Shown here: positions 9,324-21,418 of the stretch, piece by piece
How the letters are laid out: every line of letters begins with the position of its first letter
How positions within the stretch are numbered: the stretch's first letter is position 1
NCBI GenBank assembly: GCA_039680575.1
Contig: JBDKSP010000024.1
Coordinates: 1-64,000, forward strand
Direction: 5' to 3'
DNA length: 64,000 nt
Source of the DNA: Armatimonadota bacterium
GTDB lineage: Bacteria; Armatimonadota; UBA5829; DTLH01
Notes under the pieces: model-generated
Told to the model about the DNA's origin: nothing
What the model saw: only the letters and a program-made list of their open reading frames with translations
Database searches by the model: none
Made by a program: the position numbers and the translations under genes

Positions 9324-10526
9324 CTATCTTCTCGAAAGGTCGTCGATATACAGCTTGCAGGTCTCGATTGCACGGTCTGCCGCATCGACATCGATACCGG
9401 CGGCTTTTTGTGCCATGTAAAGCTGGACAGCACGCTGAAATTGACTGATGGCCGCATCTTTTTTAGCAAGGTTGTAATAACACATCCCCAGTTTTTGATG
9501 ATTCTCGGCTGTATCTTCTCCATTTGAGATAGCCTGCTGGTAAAGCTCGGCTGCAGTCTGGTAATCACCCCTTATATAAGCGGCGCGGGCGCTCTCTGCG
9601 GGCTTGCGGTTCGACGCCGGAGCAGACGAGTGTGAAGACTGTGTTTGTTTTGGCTGTTTCTTGGACTGGGGCTTACTCACGGGGTACGGAGTAAGCGCTG
9701 GTAATGTCGATGGTAAAGCCGATGGCTGTGCCGGCTGAGCCTGCTGATTGTAGCCCTGCGGCACGCGTGCCTGCGGCGTTTCGGCACTCGGCTGCGGACT
9801 ATAAGACCAGGCCGGCGGCAGTGATGATGTCGATTGCGGCTGAGCCTGCCGAGAGGGATACTGCTGCCCGTAAGGTGCGGGCAGTTGATTTCCACTCGCG
9901 GCCTGCTGAGGCGCAGGGTTCTTTTTCAGTCGTTCTTCGCTGCCTCTGCCTCTGGATAATACTATTACCGTCAAGATAACTAAAAGGATGACAACAGTTC
10001 CTGCTCCTGCCACCCATGGGGTCGGCAGCCTCTTGATAGAAGCCAACAACTGCGGAATGGACGGCGTATACTTCGCTTTTGCGGACTCATTCAGGCCGTC
10101 GACTTTTGCACACAGCTCTTCAAGCTTCTCGCGGTCTGCGACACTGTCCTTATTTGCATCGAGCACCCACTCTACCTGCCGGATTGCCGCGCGGAGGTAG
10201 TCATCTGCATCGTCTTTGTTGCTGTGCTCAAGCTGCTGGTCGGCTTTCTTCTCGTAAATAAGGCCAAGTAGCGAATGAGCGGAGGAACTCTGAGGGTTCA
10301 TGCCGAGCGCTTCCTTGCATTTGGCGAACGCGGATTCGAGCTTGCCGCTTTCGTACAGCTTCAGAGTCTCATAAAGCAGATCGGAAACAGTGGCATCGTC
10401 CGGCGCCTGCGGCTCCTCACTGGACGCTGGTTCGATATTCAGGCTTTCGATTGCAAGCCTTTTACCGCACTCACGGCAGAACTTGCTGCTTTTCGAATTT
10501 TGTTTACCACAACGGGTGCAGATCAA
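9324..10526 (-). CDS. Zinc-ribbon + TPR single-pass membrane protein
   Basis: CTRCG...FCRECG zinc ribbon, TPRs, one TM helix, P/Q-rich linker, C-terminal TPR. Confidence 0.75.
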   Translation of the reverse strand: MICTRCGKQNSKSSKFCRECGKRLAIESLNIEPASSEEPQAPDDATVSDLLYETLKLYESGKLESAFAKCKEALGMNPQSSSAHSLLGLIYEKKADQQLEHSNKDDADDYLRAAIRQVEWVLDANKDSVADREKLEELCAKVDGLNESAKAKYTPSIPQLLASIKRLPTPWVAGAGTVVILLVILTVIVLSRGRGSEERLKKNPAPQQAASGNQLPAPYGQQYPSRQAQPQSTSSLPPAWSYSPQPSAETPQARVPQGYNQQAQPAQPSALPSTLPALTPYPVSKPQSKKQPKQTQSSHSSAPASNRKPAESARAAYIRGDYQTAAELYQQAISNGEDTAENHQKLGMCYYNLAKKDAAISQFQRAVQLYMAQKAAGIDVDAADRAIETCKLYIDDLSRR

Positions 10527-10616
10527 CTTAAATCAACTCCACTTGTAGCTGTCAGCAGACAGCAATCAGCGGAGAGTAATAATCTCGGCTGAAAGCTGAC
10601 AACTGAAAGCTGACGG

Positions 10617-11642
10617 CTATTCTATCAACACCGACTGAGCTCGGCTAAACAATATGCCTAGATGCTCGTAAGCGAGCCTGGTAGCTACCCGCCCGCGCGG
10701 CGTCCGCTGAAGGAACCCAATCTGCAGCAGGTATGGCTCGTAAACATCCTCGATGGTATCTCGTTCTTCGCCTATTGCCGCCGCTATCGTCTCGATTCCG
10801 ACAGGTCCGCCGTCGAATTTCTCGATAATCGCCCCAAGGAACTTGCGGTCGAGGCTGTCGAGTCCTCTTGAATCGACTTCCAGCAGCTCGAGCGCTCTAT
10901 CGGCGACATCTTTGGTAATTATTCCGTCTGCCCGGACCTGAGCGTAGTCACGTACCCGCCTAAGTAGGCGGTTTGTTATCCGTGGTGTGCCTCTGGACCG
11001 TCTTGCGATCTCGAGCGCGCCTTTCGGGTCCGTTTCTATATTAAGAATACGGGCTGAACGCACCGCGATCTCCTTCAAGTCCTGCTCATTGTAGAACTCA
11101 AGGTAATGGATGATCCCGAACCGCTCGCGAAGCGGTGATGTTATGAGCCCCGCTCGGGTTGTCGCCCCTATGAGCGTGTATTTCGGCAGGTCCAGCTTGA
11201 GTGTCCTCGCGCTCGGGCCTTTTCCTATAATCAAATCGAGTTGGTAGTCCTCAAGAGCCGGGTAGAGTATCTCCTCCACGGACCTGTTCAGCCTGTGGAT
11301 CTCATCCACAAAGAGCACGCTTCCGGGTTCCAGGTTGGTCAGGATCGCCGCGAGGTCGCCGGGACGCTCTATGGCCGGTCCCGATGTCGTCCTGATCGGC
11401 GCATCCATCTCGTTTGCTATGATATTCGCAAGCGTTGTCTTCCCAAGCCCCGGCGGGCCGTAAAGCAGCACGTGGTCCAGCGGCTCGCTGCGCTTTCTGG
11501 CAGCCTCTATGCAGACCCACAGGTTCTCTTTTACTTTATTCTGCCCTATATATTCATCAAGCCGCCTGGGACGAAGTGAGTAATCGATCTCGAAATCTTC
11601 CTCACGCACTCCCGGTGTGACGACTCGGTCGTTCGTTTCCAT
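10617..11642 (-). CDS. ruvB: Holliday junction helicase RuvB
   Basis: [24 protein letters not shown] motifs. Confidence 0.97.
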   Translation of the reverse strand: METNDRVVTPGVREEDFEIDYSLRPRRLDEYIGQNKVKENLWVCIEAARKRSEPLDHVLLYGPPGLGKTTLANIIANEMDAPIRTTSGPAIERPGDLAAILTNLEPGSVLFVDEIHRLNRSVEEILYPALEDYQLDLIIGKGPSARTLKLDLPKYTLIGATTRAGLITSPLRERFGIIHYLEFYNEQDLKEIAVRSARILNIETDPKGALEIARRSRGTPRITNRLLRRVRDYAQVRADGIITKDVADRALELLEVDSRGLDSLDRKFLGAIIEKFDGGPVGIETIAAAIGEERDTIEDVYEPYLLQIGFLQRTPRGRVATRLAYEHLGILFSRAQSVLIE

Positions 11643-11768
11643 CGCTGTATCCTATAAACTAAGACGCAGTGTAGTTGATGCTATCAACAGCATGTTGGGT
11701 AAGTGGATTTTCTAATCACGAAAGCACGAAATTAAGAAAACACGAAATAGGAACTGGAAGGAAAAACC

Positions 11769-11801
11769 TTATGCTTCGGGACCGCTTTTCGTCCCGAAGC
11801 A
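11769..11801. repeat. Palindromic repeat TTATGCTTCGGGACCGC...GTCCCGAAGCA
   Basis: Hairpin; identical 17-mer in reverse at 47812-47828; partial copies near 47564 and 32455. Confidence 0.6.
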
Positions 11802-11905
11802 CGATTATCCAGCTATTAATCCCTTTTCTTCCTTTCTCCCTTTCGTGTTTTCGTGATAAATAAGCCTTATCGCTTTTCACAATTGCCCTATTGAGCTGTC
11901 GCCAG

Positions 11906-12508
11906 CTACTGCGTAAGCTGGCGAAGCGCTAGTTTCAGCACTTCGGAAGTATCTTTCTTATTCTTAGCCGACTTGAGGGCGTCTTCGGTCGCTCTTCTCG
12001 CAGCCTGACGGTCATAACCGAGCGCTACGAGTCCTTCGACGACGTCCTGAAGCACGGCGTGCTCTGCCGGAGCGGCGGCTTTCTTAGCCCGTTCCGCCCA
12101 GGACAGCGTGGTTATCTTCTCTTTAAGCTCCAGCGCGATCCGCTGGGACATCTTGTTTCCGACGCCGGACACCCGGTTCAGGGACGCATAGTCGTCCCGG
12201 GATATTGCCCCTACTATTTCTTCGACTTGCAACACTGATAAAATGTTCAGTGCGACTTTAGGTCCCACGCTCGTAACGGTAAGAAGCAGTTCGAACATAT
12301 TCTGCTCATCGCTGTCTCTGAACCCGTAGAGTGTGATCGCGTCTTCCTTCACATTGGTATACGTAAACAGCTTGATCTTGGCTCCCGGCTGGGGCATCTC
12401 CGCAATCACCGAGAGCGGAGTGTACACTTTATATCCGACTCCGCCTACATCGATTACGACATAGTCAGCCTCGACCCTCGCCAGTTCGCCTATTACGTGT
12501 GCTATCAT
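11906..12508 (-). CDS. ruvA: Holliday junction branch migration protein RuvA
   Basis: GGVGY, EDAITLYGF, VGPKVAL, LVALGY. Confidence 0.96.
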   Translation of the reverse strand: MIAHVIGELARVEADYVVIDVGGVGYKVYTPLSVIAEMPQPGAKIKLFTYTNVKEDAITLYGFRDSDEQNMFELLLTVTSVGPKVALNILSVLQVEEIVGAISRDDYASLNRVSGVGNKMSQRIALELKEKITTLSWAERAKKAAAPAEHAVLQDVVEGLVALGYDRQAARRATEDALKSAKNKKDTSEVLKLALRQLTQ

Positions 12509-12532
12509 TTCAGTTGTCAGCCGGTCCTTTTC

Positions 12533-13402
12533 CTAAAAAATCACCTTGTTCAGCGGGTATTCGACTATCCCCTGGGCTCCGGCTCTCCTGAGGCGAGGGA
12601 TCAGGTCCCGCGCGGTCTTCTCTTCGACCATAATCTCGACTGCAGTCCATCCTTCGTCCGAGAGTGATGAGATCGTCGGGTTTTTGAGTGCGGGCAGAAG
12701 CCCAATCACCTTTTCCAGGTTGGTCCGCTCGACATTCATCTTCAACCCTACCAGTCCCTCGGCGGCCAGCGCGGCTCCGAGAAGCATGGAGACATTCTCC
12801 ATCTTCTGCCGTTTCCACTTGTCCTGCCAGCTCGACTTGTTGGCTATGAACCGTGTAGTGGAAACAAGCAGGGTATCGACTATCTTGAGCCCGTGTGCCT
12901 TAAGCGTACTGCCTGTTTCCGTTCCCTCGACGATTGCGTCCACGAGTTCGGGGACCTTGACCTCTGTTGCGCCCCATGAGAACTCGACTTCGGCGCTCAC
13001 GCCGTTTTCGGCCAGATACTGCTTCGTGACATTTACGAGTTCCGTGGCGATCCTTTTACCTTCCAGGTCTTTTGGACCGGTTATATCGGAATCTTTGGGG
13101 ACCGCGAGTACCCATCGATACGGAAGGGCCGTTGCCTTCGAGTAATGCAGCTCAGAGACCTCATGGATGTCAGCACAACACTCCATTACGTTGTCATAGC
13201 CGGTTATTCCGGCATCGAGCACCCCGGCCTCTACATAGGACGGTATTTCCTGTGCTCGGAGCAGCGTCGCCTCGATTTCCGGGTCGTCGCACGCCGGATG
13301 ATAAGATCGGGCGCTCGTGCGAAAATCATAACCAGCTTTTCTAAATAGCCCGAACGTAGCATCCTGCAGACTTCCCTTTGGCAGGCCTAACTTCAGTTTC
13401 AA
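12533..13402 (-). CDS. hisG: ATP phosphoribosyltransferase (long form)
   Basis: [27 protein letters not shown]-terminal regulatory domain. Confidence 0.95.
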   Translation of the reverse strand: MKLKLGLPKGSLQDATFGLFRKAGYDFRTSARSYHPACDDPEIEATLLRAQEIPSYVEAGVLDAGITGYDNVMECCADIHEVSELHYSKATALPYRWVLAVPKDSDITGPKDLEGKRIATELVNVTKQYLAENGVSAEVEFSWGATEVKVPELVDAIVEGTETGSTLKAHGLKIVDTLLVSTTRFIANKSSWQDKWKRQKMENVSMLLGAALAAEGLVGLKMNVERTNLEKVIGLLPALKNPTISSLSDEGWTAVEIMVEEKTARDLIPRLRRAGAQGIVEYPLNKVIF

Positions 13403-13437
13403 CAGTCTTACTCCTTCATTTTAATCTCTTAAGCCAA

Positions 13438-13466
13438 ATTATACTTGTGCTTGTTCAGTGCGTCAA
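13438..13466 (-). promoter_or_regulatory. Sigma70 promoter for hisG-ruvA-ruvB
   Basis: TTGACG-N17-TATAAT on the minus strand. Confidence 0.7.
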
Positions 13467-13518
13467 ACGGCAAGAGTTCAGAGTTGATGAGTATAACATC
13501 ATGCTGAACGAACACTAT

Positions 13519-13684
13519 GTCATGCTGAGCTTGACTCAGCATCCAGGAAGAAAATGGACCCTGAATCTATGGATTTTCGGCTATAGCCGAAAATCTTCCG
13601 GGGAGAGTTTCAGGGTGACGTGCTTCCATGATGACGTGTTGGTTATTGTTGATGTACTAGCTCTCATTAAGAGTGAACTCTTAC
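13519..13684. repeat. Composite repeat: REP-like GTCA hairpins with an inserted two-hairpin element
   Basis: GTCATGCTGAGCTTGACTCAGCATCCA; GATTTTCGGC-TATA-GCCGAAAATC insert; 13615-13684 matches 29469-29545 in reverse. Confidence 0.7.
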
Positions 13685-13743
13685 TCAAACAACGCGGGGT
13701 GAGCGGTGAGGGACTAGGAATAACCATCCCCCCAATCCCATTA

Positions 13744-14241
13744 TCACCCATTTTTTGCTCCCAGCCCCTTAAGGACCGCCGAATGCGCATGGCAGATGCA
13801 GACCGCGAGCGCATCCGCGACATCGTCCGGCTTGGGCTGCTCCGAAAGCCCCAGTATCCTCTGGACCATGAACTGCACCTGCTTCTTCTCCGCTCCGCCG
13901 TAGCCGACAACGGCCTGTTTGATCTCCATAGGAGTGTATTCCAGTGTCGGTATCTTCTTCTGCGCGGCGAGCAGCAGGACAACCCCCACCGTCCGTCCGA
14001 CGGAAAACGCCGTCGTCTCGTTTTTCGAGAAGAACAAACGTTCGGTCACAAGCACGTCAGGCTGGTATCTGTCGATCAGCGCTTCTACCTCGTTATAGAT
14101 CGACATAAGCCTGTTCGGTGGAGAGTCTTTGGGGCTGGTTATAATCGCGCCGAAGTCGACCGGAGACGTACGGTCACCTTCTTTATTCACTATCCCATAT
14201 CCGGTTGTAGCCGTGCCGGGATCAATCCCAAGTATGAGCAA
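13744..14241 (-). CDS. ruvC: Crossover junction endodeoxyribonuclease RuvC
   Basis: ILGIDPGTATTGYG, KQAVVGYGGAEK, DDVADALA; AAGGAG before TTG 14241. Confidence 0.95.
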   Translation of the reverse strand: MLILGIDPGTATTGYGIVNKEGDRTSPVDFGAIITSPKDSPPNRLMSIYNEVEALIDRYQPDVLVTERLFFSKNETTAFSVGRTVGVVLLLAAQKKIPTLEYTPMEIKQAVVGYGGAEKKQVQFMVQRILGLSEQPKPDDVADALAVCICHAHSAVLKGLGAKNG

Positions 14242-14265
14242 TTTACCGTGACTCCTTACAAGATT

Positions 14266-16845
<2,580 letters not shown>

Positions 16846-16866
<21 letters not shown>

Positions 16867-17005
16867 TTAACGGCCAATCATATGTTGGCTATTGCCGAAA
16901 ATCTTCCGGAAGAGTTTCAGGTGTAAGTGTAAAATCAACAGATAAAGCTATATCAGAGAACTGTTTATATAACTGTAAGGCTGTTACTTTATCTCCTGAA
17001 ACTCT
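16846..17005 (+). repeat. Two-hairpin dispersed element (long-loop copy)
   Basis: GATTTTCAGC...GCCGAAAATCTTCCGG-AAGAGTTTCAGG...CCTGAAACTCT. Confidence 0.65.
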
Positions 17006-17033
17006 ATAATTCATGGCCAGTTCACGCTTTTAC

Positions 17034-17096
17034 GTCACCCTGAACTTGATTCAGGGTCCATCCCTTTCCTGGATTCCGAGTCAAGCTCGGAATGAC
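17034..17096. repeat. REP-like doublet
   Basis: GTCACCCTGAACTTGATTCAGGGTCCA plus inverted GGATTCCGAGTCAAGCTCGGAATGAC. Confidence 0.75.
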
Positions 17097-17107
17097 GTTG
17101 TGAACTC

Positions 17108-18352
17108 CTACTTATCCACCCCGCACCAGTCCACAAGGAACATAACAAGCACCTCGGCGGCGCGGAGAATATCATCGATTATTATCTGTTCGTCAAGTGA
17201 ATGCGCATGCCCCAGATCGCCTGCGCCGAACGTGATCGTCGGCATTTCGCCAGTGCGGGCAAACAATCGGGCGTCACAGGATGCTATCCAGCCGACCATG
17301 GGATCATTACCAAGGACCGACTTATGTGCCTTATCGAACGCAACCACCGATGGATGATCGACAGGGGTCTCAAACGCTTCATTGTGAAGCTTGCAGAACT
17401 CAAAGGTGTAGTTTTCCTTTGCCCAGGCGGATGCGCGGCTCTCGATAAGGCTCGTGACTTCATCATAAATATCTGAAATACGTTTGTTGGGCAAAAACGC
17501 TATTCCGCCTTCGATTGAGCACTCAGCGGGCAGCATTGAAGGCCAGTCGCCTCCATGTATACGGCCGATATTCACGACCACGGGGCTTGGGTCGTGCGAG
17601 AACAGCGGATTGCCTTTTGACGCTTCACGAAGTATCGTTTCATACTCTCTCAAAATCCCGATAAGGCCGACCATCTCATCGATGGCGCTCACACCGTCCC
17701 AATATTTGCCCATGTGTACCGGTTTGCCTTTTACCGTGAGTTTGTACCACACTGCTCCCCTGTTCGCGGGGTGCATTCGAAGGCTCGTCGGCTCGAGTAC
17801 AACAGCGCAATCGGCTTTATTACCATGTCTGATAAGCGAAAGCGAGCCGTTTCCGCCTGCTTCTTCTTCAATCACGATCTGAGCCTGCAGGTCGCCTTTG
17901 AGTTGAATCCCAAGGCTTTTCAGCGCTTGAACTGCAAGTATGACGGTTGCAACCTGTCCTTTGGCGTCGCATGCGCCCCGTCCGTAGACAATGCCGTCTT
18001 TGTAATGTGCGGTAAACATTTCATCAGGTGCGGAAACCACATCTGAGTGAGTGTTCAAAATGGCGCTTTTGCCGCCGCCAGTGCCGGGAATATTGATCTT
18101 TATATTCGGACGGCCGGCGTACGTGGTGTGCCCCGGCACGAATGTGTAGTCCGGGTCATTTGTGATGGAGTCTTCGACATTCTCATACTCAGGATGGAGC
18201 CCCTGGCTCTCTAAATAGTCAAAAAGGTATGTCTGAATGCTATGCTCAATGCTGACTGTGCTTTTATGGGACACCATCTCGACAAGCCTGGCGGCAATGT
18301 CTTCTTTTTTGGATTCTAAATATGATTTCAATTCGCTTTTAATATTATGCAT
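17108..18352 (-). CDS. M20 metallopeptidase (ArgE/DapE-like deacylase)
   Basis: LNTHSD, GRGACDAKG, IEEE, AHSLDE metal ligands. Confidence 0.88.
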   Translation of the reverse strand: MHNIKSELKSYLESKKEDIAARLVEMVSHKSTVSIEHSIQTYLFDYLESQGLHPEYENVEDSITNDPDYTFVPGHTTYAGRPNIKINIPGTGGGKSAILNTHSDVVSAPDEMFTAHYKDGIVYGRGACDAKGQVATVILAVQALKSLGIQLKGDLQAQIVIEEEAGGNGSLSLIRHGNKADCAVVLEPTSLRMHPANRGAVWYKLTVKGKPVHMGKYWDGVSAIDEMVGLIGILREYETILREASKGNPLFSHDPSPVVVNIGRIHGGDWPSMLPAECSIEGGIAFLPNKRISDIYDEVTSLIESRASAWAKENYTFEFCKLHNEAFETPVDHPSVVAFDKAHKSVLGNDPMVGWIASCDARLFARTGEMPTITFGAGDLGHAHSLDEQIIIDDILRAAEVLVMFLVDWCGVDK

Positions 18353-18372
18353 GTGGAAAACCACTTTTCAAC

Positions 18373-18435
18373 GTCATTCCGATCTTGACTCGGAATCCAG
18401 GAAAGGAATGGATGCTGAATCAAGTTCAGCATGAC
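18373..18435. repeat. REP-like doublet
   Basis: GTCATTCCGATCTTGACTCGGAATCCA plus inverted GGATGCTGAATCAAGTTCAGCATGAC. Confidence 0.75.
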
Positions 18436-18444
18436 GTATTGTTG

Positions 18445-19428
18445 TTATCTTTTAATACACGTCTCGCCGGAACGGATACTCACGGGAACAGTAATAGTCT
18501 CAGCAGGAATAGCTCCGTCCTCTGCTCTTGCGAAAAGCCGTCCGACCGCGGCTCTTGCCATAGACTGGTATATGTCATCAAGGCAGGTAATAGCTGGGAA
18601 TGGGAGGAGCGCGGACACATATGAATAAGCCCAGCCGACATAGGAGACATCACCAGGCACATCCACTCCCATAGCCATAAGAGTCGATAGGATAATCGCA
18701 TGGTCGGATGTAGTCAGCGCCAGAATACCCGTAGGTTTGGGCGAAATATTGAGAATTTCATTCAAGAGTTCCGGGTATAGCCTGCCGGATTTAGGCCTGA
18801 CCATAGACAGGCTCGCTTCTCCGCCTGCAGCTTCGATTGCCTGCCTGTAACCCTCCAGCGGGCCACGCCACGTTACATCTTCAGGAAACTGCGCGATGAC
18901 CGCGATGCGCTGGTGACCTGTCCGAATAAGTTCTTCGGTAAGCAGCCTGCCAAGCGCGACGTAATCCACTATGATCTGGTCTACATCCGTAAGTTTGTAG
19001 TCATCATCGAGTATCACGACCGGCATGACTGCCGCGAGCTTTTGCGCCAGTTCGGGATTATACTTGCCGATAAGCATAGCTCCGTCGGCTGTAATAGGGT
19101 TTACATGCAGGCTTATCTGTTTATACGACGGAAACTCAGGGAGGTGAACGAAAAACACCCTGCAGTCGCTCTTGGCGGCTTCATCACAGACCGCCATATG
19201 GAGTTCGATCTGCCTGGAAGCCATTTCTCCGCATACCACAAAGGCGATATTCCCGGTCCTTCGTCTTCGGAGCTGATAGCCCATTTCCCGCGCGGTCTGC
19301 AGAATAAGCTCACGGGTTTCAGGCGATATTCTATGCACAGGGTCGTGCCGGAGCACACGGGTGACTGTGCTTCTCGATATTGAAAGCTTATCCGCGATCG
19401 CTTGCTGGTTTATCTGAGATTTTGACAT
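18445..19428 (-). CDS. LacI family transcriptional regulator
   Basis: IADKLSISRSTVTRVL HTH, ISPETRE hinge, periplasmic-binding-like sensor domain. Confidence 0.88.
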   Translation of the reverse strand: MSKSQINQQAIADKLSISRSTVTRVLRHDPVHRISPETRELILQTAREMGYQLRRRRTGNIAFVVCGEMASRQIELHMAVCDEAAKSDCRVFFVHLPEFPSYKQISLHVNPITADGAMLIGKYNPELAQKLAAVMPVVILDDDYKLTDVDQIIVDYVALGRLLTEELIRTGHQRIAVIAQFPEDVTWRGPLEGYRQAIEAAGGEASLSMVRPKSGRLYPELLNEILNISPKPTGILALTTSDHAIILSTLMAMGVDVPGDVSYVGWAYSYVSALLPFPAITCLDDIYQSMARAAVGRLFARAEDGAIPAETITVPVSIRSGETCIKR

Positions 19429-19453
19429 ATGCTATAACCTGTATCGCACAGTA

Positions 19454-19610
19454 TTGCGCACAGTGCGTGACTGTGGATATACTGGGATTATAGTTTCTAT
19501 TGATGGGCGATGTCAAGAACCAGTGCACTGTTGCAGAAGCGGAAATTCGGCTGAAAGCAGCTATTGACAAACGTAATGATTTTGAGCAACAATTAATTTG
19601 CGCACAGTGC
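19454..19610. promoter_or_regulatory. Divergent promoters with duplicated operator TTGCGCACAGTGC
   Basis: Identical 13-mer at 19454-19466 and 19598-19610, each just downstream of a TTGACA-type promoter. Confidence 0.6.
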
Positions 19611-19640
19611 ATCACAGATACAGTGCAAAGGGGGACATCG

Positions 19641-20294
19641 ATGCCTGGGATTGCTGAACCGATGAGAATTGTATGCCTGGGTGATTCGATCACTCTTGGA
19701 ACGCCGTATGTTGAGGCTGACGAGACATACGAATCGTTTCTACAGAAACAGCTTTCCGATAATGGCCTGGGTGCCAGGGTTATCAGCTCCGGTATCGGTG
19801 GTGAAACTACTTCCGGCGGCCTGACTCGTTTTGAGGTTGATGTTATCAGTCATTTTCCGGCCTGTGTCACTATCATGTACGGAGCGAATGACTGTCTCGT
19901 GGAGCTGGGGGAAACATCGCCCCGCGTAGCGCTGGAAGATTTCAAGAAAAACCTGCTGCGGATGATCGAATGGGCTGTGAGTGAAAAGATCGAGCCCATT
20001 CTTATGACGGCAATTCCTTTCGGAAACAAATGCGAATGGGGAGCGTGGCCTTATTATAGGGACAGGGGCACGAATTGCCTGCTCCCGCATTATGTGGACT
20101 GCGTTCGAGAGATCGCAGCAAAGGAAGATCTATACCTGATCGATAACCATCGTACATGGGTAAACTCAAGCATCGATGTTGACGAATTCACCGTCGATGG
20201 AGTGCATCCAAAGGTCGATGGACATAAACTTATTGCGAACACAATGCTGCCGGTTATTAAGGCTTTTGCGGAGGAGAGAAATTGGACAAAGTAA
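19641..20294 (+). CDS. SGNH/GDSL hydrolase
   Basis: GDSIT, GIGG, YGAND, DGVHP blocks. Confidence 0.9.
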   Translation: MPGIAEPMRIVCLGDSITLGTPYVEADETYESFLQKQLSDNGLGARVISSGIGGETTSGGLTRFEVDVISHFPACVTIMYGANDCLVELGETSPRVALEDFKKNLLRMIEWAVSEKIEPILMTAIPFGNKCEWGAWPYYRDRGTNCLLPHYVDCVREIAAKEDLYLIDNHRTWVNSSIDVDEFTVDGVHPKVDGHKLIANTMLPVIKAFAEERNWTK

Positions 20295-21418
20295 ATGTCG
20301 GTGTCGCAGGCGCCGGATGGATGGGCAGTGTTATGCTGCGTCGGCTTGCCGAAAGAGATGATGTGAATATCCTCGCTCTCTACGAAGCAAACTCTGAGCG
20401 AGGAAAAGCCGTGCTCTCCGAGCTTGGACTTTCTTCAGGTTTGCTCGTTGATAGTTTTGATGCCCTAATCGAGGACCCGGATATCGACGCGGTCTGGATT
20501 GTCAGCCCGAACAGCTACCATGCCGGGCAATCTATCGCTGCGATGAACGCTGGGAAGCATGTCTTCAGTGAAAAACCCTGCGCGACGGCATTCAATGATT
20601 ACTGCAAGCTAATCGAAGCCGAAAAATCGCACCCGAACCTGATCACATTCGTCGACTACATCCTGAACTTCGACTCCATGGAAACCTGGCTTAAGAAGAA
20701 AATCACCGATGGAGAGTTTGGGGATGTCACACAGATACAGGTCAACTACAGGCATCCGATAAATATCGCCGGCGACAAGTCCTGGAAGCTGAGCAAAGAG
20801 ATTATGGGTGACGCAATCTGTATGGGGATCAACCACTCCATTTCCGTGATGGTGAACCTGATGTCCAGTCAGGGGACGCCCACTGCCGTGTATGCGACAA
20901 GCTCCAAGTCCCGGCTGAGGCCGTTCGAAGCCGACCCTATCTGGAACATAATGGTCGATTTCTCGAACGGAACAACAGGTTTCTGTTTCGGCAATATCGA
21001 CAACAGCAATGGTTATGACGCCTACCACAACATTTTCGGAACCGCAGGCGGGTTCATCTTCGATGCCCAACTGGACCAGGTGAACAAAGTGCGGTACTGG
21101 TCCGAGAAGTCGACCGCCGGCAAGTGGATATATCCGCTCGACCAAGCGAGATGCAGCCGCGAAGGCTTCACGCAATTGGTCTGGCCTGAAGATACCACTA
21201 CACCGGACACCGGAAACGTAGTCGAACATCAGACGAACGAGTGCGTGGGGCATTTCATAGAATGTGTGAAATCCGGCAAAAAGTCGAGCCTGAGTTTTAT
21301 AAATTCGGCGTCCGTGGCCGAAATCGGATGGGCGGCGCAGATAGCCGCTGCTACAGGTAAGAAAGTCAGCCTGCCGCTGGACATAAACACGGCAAAAGAG
21401 TTTTTCGGGGAGTTTTAA
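20282..21418 (+). CDS. Gfo/Idh/MocA family oxidoreductase
   Basis: GAGWMG Rossmann motif, GKHVFSEKP. Confidence 0.9.
   Translation: MDKVNVGVAGAGWMGSVMLRRLAERDDVNILALYEANSERGKAVLSELGLSSGLLVDSFDALIEDPDIDAVWIVSPNSYHAGQSIAAMNAGKHVFSEKPCATAFNDYCKLIEAEKSHPNLITFVDYILNFDSMETWLKKKITDGEFGDVTQIQVNYRHPINIAGDKSWKLSKEIMGDAICMGINHSISVMVNLMSSQGTPTAVYATSSKSRLRPFEADPIWNIMVDFSNGTTGFCFGNIDNSNGYDAYHNIFGTAGGFIFDAQLDQVNKVRYWSEKSTAGKWIYPLDQARCSREGFTQLVWPEDTTTPDTGNVVEHQTNECVGHFIECVKSGKKSSLSFINSASVAEIGWAAQIAAATGKKVSLPLDINTAKEFFGEF

Noticed and set aside
11714..11860. CACGAAA/TTTCGTG short-period repeats (similar tracts near 2200, 47470, 47740, 52740; GCTGA tract near 10550-10616)
   Set aside because: Common low-complexity intergenic palindromic tracts; could not define boundaries or a linked gene.
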